NCBI GenBank assembly: GCA_965112735.1
Contig: OZ218954.1
Span: 1,922,001-1,986,000 of the forward strand
Reading direction: 5' to 3'
Length of the DNA: 64,000 nt
Source of the DNA: Phaeosaccion multiseriatum
Taxonomy: Eukaryota > Protista > Ochrophyta, other classes
Both the position numbers and the translations under genes were made by a program. The notes below the pieces were generated by a model. That model was not told the origin of the DNA, made no database searches, and saw only the letters and a list, made by a program, of their open reading frames with translations. This document shows positions 14,488-24,143 of the stretch, one piece after another. Each line of letters starts with the position of its first letter. Position 1 is the stretch's first letter.

Positions 14488-15160
14488 TTGGCTCCCTCTC
14501 TCTAACTCTCTTGCGAAGGTTTTCATTACTTGCAAAGCCCCGTGGTGACGGCGAGCGATTGCGAAGGGTGAGTTGAGGTCGAATGATCTCGTCTACTCTC
14601 GGGGGAGGGGATAGCGCCTGAGCTGAGCGCGGCTGCTTTGCTTCGCGGGCTACGAATACTGGGCCGCGCACACGGTTGCACACACCACCCGCAGCATGCA
14701 GCATTAGCAGCTTTAGCACCGGTCCCTCAGGCCCCGACTGCCAGCAAGCAGAAACACGAGAGGCGCCTGCAGCACCTGCAATGCCTGTAACGCCTGTAAC
14801 GCCTGTAACGCCTGGAACGCCTGCAGAGGAGGGCTGACACGTGCTCCAAGCCCGCGCAAAGAGCGCAGACCGCTTTGTCTTTTCCCTCGCCTCGACTCAG
14901 CAGTGAAAGCCCCTCTCTTCCCTTCCATGCCCCTACTGACTCCCCCTCCCTCCCTTTCAATGTCCTCCATCCTCCCGTCCCGTCCCGTCACGTCCCCTCC
15001 CCTCATTGGCTCGTGTGTCGGGCGTCCTCCTGCGTGGGGCAGAGCGGGCGAGATGTTCAGGGTGACGACCATTGTGCCGGGCAGCGGGAAGGTGGATGCC
15101 ATCCCTACGGACAAAGAAGGCAACATTGATTACACGAAGGTGGGCATGAGGATAAGGACA

Positions 15161-15220
<60 letters not shown>

Positions 15221-15255
15221 GTGATGATGATGGTGATGATGATGATGATGATGAT

Positions 15256-15286
<31 letters not shown>

Positions 15287-15531
15287 GATGATAATGATGA
15301 TGATGATGATGATGACGATGGTGATGGTGATGATGATGATGATGATGGATGATGATGATGATGATGATGATGACGGCTCTTGTCCACTTGGGGTGCAACC
15401 GTGCTCTGCTCACCCAGGCTTGAGCAATCCTTTGCTCTGCACAAGTGTAGTACGGAAGCCGCTGGGGTGTTAGGAATGTTCCCCACCTCATCCCTCGCCT
15501 CGCCCCCCCTCCTCCTTCGCGCCGAGTCATT

Positions 15532-15578
<47 letters not shown>

Positions 15579-18500
15579 CAAACCCGGTCATTCGTCCTTC
15601 TCCCTCTCCTTCTCCTTCTCCCTTTGCCTGTCCCCGTCCTGTGGTCCTGCCTGACCCTGCACTTACTTGCTTGCCCCTCCCTCCCTCCCTCTGAACAGGA
15701 TTTCTTTGGCAAGCCAGCGTATCTCACTGTGTCTGGGCAGCTCTCGGCGGAGACGCATGCGTGTGCCCTAGGCGATGTGTATACCTTCGGCCCGACCTTC
15801 AGGTGAGAAGGGCGGGCAGGCAGCAGCAGGGCAGGCAACAAGGCAGCAGATACTAAGGGGGAAAGGGCCTTGCGGTACTCGCTTTACTCGCCCCCGCACA
15901 TGCCACTGCCAACGCCACTGCCAATGCTGCTGCTGCTGCGGGCGGTGATATGGTGGTGGTATGGTGGTGAAGTTGATGGTGATACGCGGACCTCACACTA
16001 CCCCACACTCCGCTCCGGCCGTTATGTTCCGACCCACCCACCAGAGCCGAGAATAGCCAAACCACCCGCCACCTGGCAGAGTTTCAGATGATCGAGCCTG
16101 AAATGGCTTTCGCCGATTTAGAGGTGAGTATTGCATATGCAACACTCCGTTGGGGTTAACGTAGCACTTCGTTGGGGTTAACGTATCACTCTGTTAGGGT
16201 TAACGTAGCACTCCGTTGGGTTTAGTAGGGAAGGCCTACCATGTGTCTTGTTTGGCACTGAGCTGTGCTTGGGTAATTTTTCCGTCGTAAGGCAGTGATG
16301 GATGCATCTTGGTAACTTGTCCGTCTCGTAAGGCAGTGATGGATGCATCTTGGTAACTTGTCCGTCTCGTAAGGCAGTGATGGATGCATCTTGGTAATTT
16401 TTCCGTCGTAAGGCAGTGATGGATGCATCTTGGTAACTTGTCCGTCTCGTAAGGCAGTGATGGATGCATCTTGGTAACTTGTCCGTCTCGTAAGGCAGTG
16501 ATGGATGCATCTTGGTAACTTGTCCGTCTCGTAAGGCAGTGATGGATGCATCTTGGTAACTTGTCCGTCTCGTAAGGCAGTGATGGATGCATCTTGGTAA
16601 CTTGTCCGTCTCGTAAGGCAGTGATGGATGCATCTTGGTAACTTGTCCGTCTCGTAAGGCAGTGATGGATGCATGTTGGTAACTTGTCCGTCTCGTAAGG
16701 CAGTGATGGATGCATCTGCATGTGTTCGTTGTGCTACGCGTTCCCCTCTCCCCACCCCCCGCTCTTCTCTTGCTCTCGCCCCTCTTTTCCTGGTGCCCTG
16801 TGATATACGCTAAATGCCGTACGCCCCTTGCGTTTCTCAATGCTGTACGCCCCTGATGTTGCAATGCTGCACGCCCATCACGTTTCCATCCCTTACGTTT
16901 CAATGCCTTACGTTTCAATGCCTTACGTTTCAATGCTGTACGCCTCTTTACGTTTCATCACAGGACAACATGGACAACGCAGAGGCTTTCGTGAGGCACG
17001 TTGTGGCCTACGCCATGGAGCAATGCCAAGACGACATTGTTTTTTTTACAAAGGTGAGAGAGGAGAGGAGGAGGAGGAGGAGGAGGAGAGGGAGGGGCCC
17101 TTTATTCTCCTCCCTTGGCCTCCCTGCGTTGGAGGGGAGGAGAGAGTGTTATGTTAGGCTTTCCTCTGCTGATCCCCGCACAAGTATGGACGGAGGGGAG
17201 GGGAGAAGAGAGGGGAGGGGAGGAGAAGGGAGGGGAGGAGAAGGGAGGGGAGGGGAGAAGAGAGGGGAGGGGAGGAGAAGGGAGGGGAGGGGAGAGGGAG
17301 GGGAGGGGAGAAGAGAGGGGAGGGGAGGAGAAGGGAGGGGAGGGGAGAGGGAGGAGAGCGAGGTGCTCATTAAAAGTGACCCCTGCCCCCACACCACAGG
17401 GGGGAGGGGAACAGAGAAAGTGAGTCTTGTTACTGCCCTGTCTGGTTGCTGCCCCCCCCCACCCTTTTTGGTACGGGGGCAGGAGACTGCTCTTGTGCCC
17501 GCCGCCATCACACCTTCCTCTCTCTCACCTCTCGCCCGTTCTTTTTCTTATTCTTATTCTTATTCTTGTGCTTGGCCTTGTGCTACGGTATCGTCGGTCC
17601 CATCACTTGCCATGCCCATATACATTCAGTTCGTGGAGAAGACCCTTCCCGAGCGGCTGGGCGACATTCTCAACAAGCCCTTCGCGAGAGTGAGCTACAC
17701 GGAGGCAGTGGATATGCTGCAGAAGGAGATCGCCAAGGTGAGCAGCAGCAGTTGGTGGTACAGCAGCAGCAGTTGGTGGTACAGCAGCAGCAGTTGGTGA
17801 CACAACAGCAGCCATGTCCGTGAAAGGGTGGGGAGGCGGTGAGGCCGGTGTCTGACTCCGACGTCGACACGTCTTATCCATCTGGTAACCCTCTCCTATT
17901 CCATAGCTGAACTCTCTCCTGTTGCTCTCCTGCAGGACCCGTCGAAGTGGCAGTATCCTGACGTCAGCTTCGGGACGGACCTGCAAACAGAGCACGAGAG
18001 GTGGCTGGCAGAGGCAAGTGTGCGAGGGAACGCCTTCTCTTTCTCTCTTCGTCTCTTCCACAGCTTCACGTATTGTCGGTGGTCTCTTCACAAGCCCGCT
18101 AGGCTCAACTGCCCCACCCCCTCCCTTCCCCTCCCTTCCCCTCCCTTCCGCTCCCTTCCCCTCCCTTCCCCTCCCTTCCCCTCCCTTCCCCTCCCCTCCC
18201 CTCCCCTCCCCTCCCCTCCCCTCCCCTCCCCTCCCCTCCCCTCCCCTCCCTTCCCCTCCCTTCCCCTCCCCTCCCCTCCCCTCCCTTCCCCTCCACTCCC
18301 TTCCCCTCCCTTCCCTTCCCCTCCCCTCCCTTCCCCGCCCCTCCCTTCCCCTCCCTTCCCCTCCCTTCCCTTCCCATCCACTTCATTCCCCTCCCCTCCC
18401 CTCCCCTCCCCTCCGCTCCCCTCCGCTCCCCTCCGCTCCCCTCCGCTCCCCTCCCCTCCCCTCCCCTCCCCTCCCCTCCGCTCCCCTCCCCTCCCCTCCC

Positions 18501-19092
18501 CTCCCCTCCCCTCCCCTCCGCTCCGCTCCCATCCCCTCCCCTCCCCTCCCCTCCCCTCCTATCCCTGCACCGCCCATGTACCCGCATTCATTCCTCTGCG
18601 GTGGTGTGGATATTTTGATTGTGGAGCAGGTCCAGTTCGGTACAGCCACCTTCGTTTACAACTACCCGCGGGGCATCAAGGCCTTCTACATGCGCGACAA
18701 CCCCGACGGAAAGACAGTGGCAGCAATGGATCTGTTGGTGCCGGGGATAGGGGAGCTCATTGGAGGCTCGCAGAGGGAAGAACGCCTAGAGGGTAAGTGT
18801 GGGGAGGGGAGGGAGAGGGGGAGGGGGGAGGAAGAAGAGCAGGGGGAGGGGGAGGGAGGGGGAGGGGGAGGGAGGGGGAGGGGAGGGGGAGGGAGGAGGA
18901 AGCAGGGCAAGCAGCCCCCCCCCGGTTGGGGTCTTGGGGGTTTCGGGTAGTCTTGGTTGTCCTGAATGTCCTGAATGACCTGACCCCTTGTGTTGAAATG
19001 ATGTGACCGGAAAGAAGGGGACGGAGCTCGGCGAGGGGCGGGGGGGGCGTGGTACTGCCGCATCATCAATCCCTTTCCTTTGGTACTTGTGG

Positions 19093-19128
<36 letters not shown>

Positions 19129-19467
19129 GTTCCGTTTTTACATTCATGTCAACTCTCTCGCCCCTCTCGTACTTAACAACACCTGCCATCCCCTGCTTTC
19201 CTCGCTACCCCCCCCCCCCCCCACACACACACACACACATGCATACACATATATGCATCCATATCTGCAGTACTCGAAGCCAAGATGGTGGAGCTCGATC
19301 TAAACCCCTCCGACTATTGGTGGTACAATGACCTCCGCAAGTACGGCAGCGTGCCGCACTCCGGCTACGGCCTCGGCTTCGAGCGACTCGTGTGCTACGT
19401 GACCGGAATTGAGAATATCCGAGACGCGGTGGCCTTCCCTCGTTACCCCGGTAGCGCGGAGTTCTAG
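11722..19467 (+). CDS. asnS: Asparaginyl-tRNA synthetase, bacterial/organellar type, probably plastid-targeted; ~14 exons
   Basis: The spliced product contains [25 protein letters not shown] (OB-fold), [82 protein letters not shown] (motif 2), [20 protein letters not shown] and [12 protein letters not shown]...[13 protein letters not shown] (motif 3). The N-terminus [20 protein letters not shown]...VNA|FQ followed by a Ser/Arg-rich stretch is a bipartite plastid-type leader. Confidence 0.95.
13877..14053. repeat. 36-bp minisatellite x~5 in an AsnRS intron
   Basis: Unit cggtcagtgcacctggccctgttgtatattctgtaa. Confidence 0.95.
15162..15373. repeat. (GAT)n microsatellite, intronic
   Basis: Direct inspection. 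Confidence 0.95.
16272..16717. repeat. 41-bp minisatellite x11 (two 39-bp variant units) in an AsnRS intron
   Basis: Unit ggtaacttgtccgtctcgtaaggcagtgatggatgcatctt; no spacers. Confidence 0.95.
18113..18560. repeat. (CCCTC/CCCTT)n polypyrimidine pentanucleotide tract, intronic
   Basis: Direct inspection. Confidence 0.95.
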
Positions 19468-20597
19468 GCGTGTCAGCGGGGAGGGGGTTCTTGCTAATTG
19501 CTTCTTGTAGCGCCATAGCGCCATTACTGCTGCTGCTGCTGCTGCTCCTTAAACAGATTTTGCGGGGTGGGATGGGATGGGATGGGTGGCCGTGTAGTGA
19601 CGGGTAGGGCGAGGAACGCAGGAGAGGAGAGCGGAGGAGAGGAGAGGAGAGGAGAGGGGAGGAGAAGGAAGGGCTCTCCCGATGCATTATGCTGCGACAT
19701 CCCAGCGTGTGCATGCACCGCAGCGGCTGCAGAGGGGCTGCTGCATGCGTAGAGAAGAGGGGAGGAAGAGGAGCAAGTGAAGCAAAGTTGAAGTTGAAGT
19801 TGGTGGAGGTTCAACGCTGAGAGGCACAGAGCCGGTGTGTGTGGGTGTGATTTCCCCTCTTCTCCCTCCGTCGCCTTGCTTAGGGGGCTTTTCCTTCCAG
19901 CAAGAAAGCATCGGCCATGGCTCAATGTTCCATGGCTCAATGGTCGCAATAGATTCTCATTATTAACATTCCACCACCGCACCCAAGCAAGTAAGCTTAC
20001 GTAAGTAAGTATGCGAGCACCGCCCAACCTATACAAATACAGTGAAACGCCACATCCGGCCCCCTTGCCCTGCCTCCTCCTCCCAATAGTCCATAGTAGC
20101 ATCCCCCCCCCCACCTCCCCTCTCTCTCTCTCCCTCTCCCCGTGCTCTGACTGGCACTGATGAAACCACAACCCGTCCATAGTAAGTGGCACAGGCCCGG
20201 ACATGTCTGGGCCTCCCTCCCCTCCCGTCTCCAGCCCTCCCTTCCCTTCCCTTCTCTTCTCTTCTCTTCCTGCCTTCCCTTGATGGGCAGAATCTGGCTC
20301 TCTGGATGCTGTTGCTGCTGCTGTTGCTGCTGCTGTTGCTGCTGCTGAGACTCCAAGCGCTACCTTCCCCTTGTGGCTGTGTCGCCCCCCCTTTGTACAA
20401 GACATGCCCTTCCCTCCTCCCTCCGCCCCCCCTGGATCGATCACCTCCCCGTCTCGCAAAGCTCTGCACTTTATCTCCCCTCAACCCCCGAAGATTAAGA
20501 ACATTCCCCAGCTCGGCGCCGAGCAGGCATATATCGACACATCGACATGTCGACATTATCGACCATCTCGACATATTATCGACCATCTCGACATGGA

Positions 20598-22241
20598 CTA
20601 CTCGGAATCATCGTCGATGACGATGATTCTGGCTCTGCGCTTCTTCCCGGGGGGCTTGTTCGTCTCGCCTCCTCCGTCCTCCCCTGCTGCTCTTCGCTTC
20701 TTGACACGAGGCGAGGCCTTCTTCTTGGGCGCGGCCTTGCCCTTGGTGTGTGTGGCTGTCGCCGCCGCCGGTCGTCTTGCCGCAGGCTTCTTCTTGTTCG
20801 CCTTCGTGGTCGTTGCCGCCGGGGGGGTATGGTCGGGCTCTTGGGTGAGGCTTGCCGGCCCATACCCCGCCGCGCGTGCCCTATCTTCTGCCGATGCCAA
20901 CTCACGCAGCCTCTTGGAGTTGCCGCCGTAGCCACTGGAGAAGGAGGTGATCTTCACGTCTGGCTTGTACTCCTCAATGCTTCCTGCTGTCGCGCCTTCT
21001 CCTCCTCCTTCCAAGCGTAGCTTCAAGTCGTGCAACGTCATGAGCGTAATTTTGGAGCTTGCTCGCGCTTTGGACACTTTGGAGAAGCCTGGCTCCTTGC
21101 CCACCAGCAAAATGTCCGTCACTCCAGAGATAGCCGTCGTCACCCTGCCCCCCAGACTTCTGATCAACGCCTTGGTCCTCTCCTTCCCCAGGTTGAGGCC
21201 CACGCCGCCCCCCACCTCCGGGAACAAGCCCGTGAGGACAAAGGTCTTGCCAGCGAGGGGATGGGGGTTGATGGCTTGAATCTGAAACTGTCTTCCTCCA
21301 GTGGTGGTCATAGCCGTGGAGGCCGGGTGCTGAACAAGCTCACTACTGCCAGCGCGGGCAGCAGCCGCGCCGCCAGTCTCACCGCCAGCCGCGCTGGAGC
21401 TGCTAGCACCGGCAGGATGCGCCCCATACTGCTGCTGCTGCGGCTGCGGCTGCTGCTCCGGCTCCGGCACTGGCTTGGCCTTGGCTTTGGTCAAGCGCGC
21501 CCAACAGGACCTGTCCATGACTCGGTTGATCACCTCTCGCCGGGCCGCGGGCGGGAGTACGTTAAAACCACAGAGCAGAATCTCATTCATACTCAGCAGC
21601 GCGGCCTCGAACAGCTTCATGTCTTGACAAACGTCCGGGTCGGGCAGCCCCAGCCAGATCTTGCTGGGCACCCTCCAGCAGCGCAAGTGGACGAAGCGGC
21701 CGTACCCTCCGCTCTGGGCATCCAGAGAGCCGATCCGAATGCCTCCCTTGGGAATGGGCTCATCTGGCGTTTCACAGTGCCTGTACTTGCACACGCTACG
21801 CCCCGACACTGCCAACTCCACCCGGTAGGAGGGCATCTCCTCTTGGGCCGCTTGGGAGTAGTAGTCCCAAGGCTGCGTCGGCGGGACTTCGGTGGAGTCC
21901 CAAGTGGTGTCGTCCACATCATAGTCCTCGTAACCCTCCTCGTAGCCCTCCTCATAGTCCTCGTCCTGTTCCTCCTCACGAGCCACGCGGCTCTTGCTCT
22001 TCATGGCGGCGGCAAAGGATGTCTTGATACGCCCCGACGTGAACATCTCCCGCACAATTTCGAAAGATGTCTGAATCTCTCGAAACTCAGCAGGGTCGCC
22101 TCCCTTGTCGGGGTGGGCCGAGAGGATCTTCTTAAAGTAGGATTTTTTCACCTTGGAGAACTCATCCTTCAGTCCGGCGCATCCATCCAGGTCCCCCGCG
22201 CTCACCCCCAGGCACCCGAGCAGTTGGCTGAGGCTCTTCAT
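20598..22241 (-). CDS. Intronless protein with J-domain (HPD), PARP-type zinc finger, BRCT domain and basic C-tail
   Basis: Single ORF, first ATG at 22241. J-domain: VKKSYFKKILSAHPDKGGDPAEFREIQTSFE (HPD at 22115-22107). zf-PARP: YRVELAVSGRSVCKYRHC...IPKGGIRIG...FVHLRCW (~21827-21675). BRCT: LAGKTFVLTG...LGGRVTTAISGVTDILLVGKEPGFSKVSKA (~21257-21010). Confidence 0.85.
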   Translation of the reverse strand: MKSLSQLLGCLGVSAGDLDGCAGLKDEFSKVKKSYFKKILSAHPDKGGDPAEFREIQTSFEIVREMFTSGRIKTSFAAAMKSKSRVAREEEQDEDYEEGYEEGYEDYDVDDTTWDSTEVPPTQPWDYYSQAAQEEMPSYRVELAVSGRSVCKYRHCETPDEPIPKGGIRIGSLDAQSGGYGRFVHLRCWRVPSKIWLGLPDPDVCQDMKLFEAALLSMNEILLCGFNVLPPAARREVINRVMDRSCWARLTKAKAKPVPEPEQQPQPQQQQYGAHPAGASSSSAAGGETGGAAAARAGSSELVQHPASTAMTTTGGRQFQIQAINPHPLAGKTFVLTGLFPEVGGGVGLNLGKERTKALIRSLGGRVTTAISGVTDILLVGKEPGFSKVSKARASSKITLMTLHDLKLRLEGGGEGATAGSIEEYKPDVKITSFSSGYGGNSKRLRELASAEDRARAAGYGPASLTQEPDHTPPAATTTKANKKKPAARRPAAATATHTKGKAAPKKKASPRVKKRRAAGEDGGGETNKPPGKKRRARIIVIDDDSE

Positions 22242-22466
22242 CGTGGAGGTGCTCTGTCCCAAGCGAGAACCCAAGCCTCTTCTTAGAGCGCTTCCCTTCA
22301 AGCTCTCTCCTGCTCCCCTTCTTTCTTTAGAGGAGCTTCTTCAAGCTCTTTCCTGCCGCCTCCCTTTTGCTCCCTCAATTTAGTTTTGACAGACACCAAA
22401 TTGCAAAAAAAAGAGCCTTCCATTTGGCGTTCGTATCACCAACTGCCTCACATCAAACGGAAATAG

Positions 22467-22503
<37 letters not shown>

Positions 22504-22558
22504 TCCCTCTCCCCCCCTCTCTCTCTCACCCGGCCTATAACATAGCGTCTTGATCATC

Positions 22559-23920
22559 ATGTTTCGTGTGTCCACCTTACCACCAACCTTGCGCGAAGAG
22601 CTGAAGGACATGCGAGTGAGTCTTCTCGCCTTGAGGAAGGAGCAAGCTCTCGCACAGAGAAAGATGGACACTGTGCAGGAGGACGTCAAGGAGCTGAAGC
22701 AGGCCTTCCTCATGCTGTGCGATCTAATGGTGGGAGAGCTCCAGGTGCGTCGTGGTGGGGCTTGGCATCGAGGTCCGTGTTGGCTATACCTCATTTTGCC
22801 CACATCTTTATACTTTATTCTCTTTGCAGAGGGTGGATAGGGAGGGCCGTTCAAGATGTCGACGGTTAGCGGCGGGTACAAAGAGGCTGCTTCTGGAGGA
22901 GAAGGGGGAGAGAGAGCTTTGGCAAGCCACAACCATGAGCAGCAGCAGCAGCAGCAGCAGCAGGAGTTGCAGCAGCACCCCCACCACCACCACCTTCTCG
23001 CAGGAACAGGATAATGATCAGGATATCGACGAGAATGGAGATTGCACGACCGTCGTCCACAGGAGTGTCAGCAGTTCCCCACCCCCAGTCAACAAGACGG
23101 ACGCTCCGTCGTCCACGGCCGATATGAGCCCCGCACGCAAGACAAGCAGTGGTAGCAGGAGCCCACCTCCGCGACGGCGCAGTCAGCCCCTCCACGAGAG
23201 ATGTGATGCCTGCTCAGGCTGCAGGGAGCGCTGGCAAGCCATGTCTGTGTGGCAAAGTCAAGAAGAAGGGGAAGGGGAGGATGTGAAGGAGAGGTTGCAG
23301 CACCTGGAGCGCGGCCTCAAGTACCTTCGCAAGCAGCGGGTGCGAGACTTCGAGGTGCGAGAAAGGGCAGGACAGTGCGGTGGTGGTGGATCGGCATAGT
23401 GATGACGGAGGGGAGACCTACAGAGTGCCCAATAGTTGCTTGCGTGGGGGTCGCCTTTTTAAGCGCTGTCCCTGGTCGCTCTGTCGTAGCAAGCTAGCAA
23501 CCACAGTGATTTTTGCAAATGTACACTCGTTCTTCCCCTTTTGCCAGGCCTCATTTACCCCCCTCCCCTCCTTCTCCCCAAAACTCCCCCCCAACCGGTC
23601 CAAACACGCAGCTTCTTCACAAGGCTCTGGCACCGCAAAAGCCCTACAAGGGTCTCCTCAGGCAAAGTCTTTCGCACAAGCAGCAAATGACCGCCATGGA
23701 GGAGCGGCTGCGCTCGCTGGAGAAAGGATTGAGACAGGCGCAGAAAGACAGCAGACCCGTTCATGCGGAGGGGGGCGGGGAGGCGCTCTGCAGCAGCAGT
23801 CCTAAGACAGACGAGGCGGTAACAAGACCCGCAGCAGCAGCAGCAGAAGCAGAAGCAGAAGCATCAGCACCAGCAGCACCAGTAGCAATAGTATCGGATA
23901 CCACGCGGGGACAAGAATAG
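22559..23920 (+). CDS. Hypothetical coiled-coil protein, 3 predicted exons
   Basis: Three phase-compatible GT-AG exons (~22559-22745, 22830-23354, 23612-23920). Heptad-like segments LREELKDMRVSLLALRKEQ, VKERLQHLERGLKYL and MEERLRSLEKGLRQ. No recognisable family. Confidence 0.55.
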
Positions 23921-24143
23921 CGTACTACTCTGTCATGAAGCAAAGCCAAAGCAAAGTCAGCACCGCAAGAGGAGACGCGGCGGCGGTGGAGCGGCCAAGA
24001 TGTGTATCACAAAGAAAACGTGCGGTTGTTGGGGAGCAGATGACATCCGATGTATGCGTGCTTCGAAAAGAAAACACATGTACTTTAGACACACCCAGGC
24101 GGTGAGGCAGTCAGGCAATCACACAAAATCAGGCAGCGGCACG

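Noticed and set aside
16272-16717. 41-bp repeats (and the 27, 33, 36 and 55-bp arrays) as a CRISPR array
   Set aside because: Units are head-to-tail with no unique spacers, lie in eukaryotic introns, and there are no cas genes. They are ordinary minisatellites.
21030-22286. 418-aa ORF antisense to the J-BRCT gene
   Set aside because: A shadow ORF expected in GC-rich coding DNA; it has no motifs.
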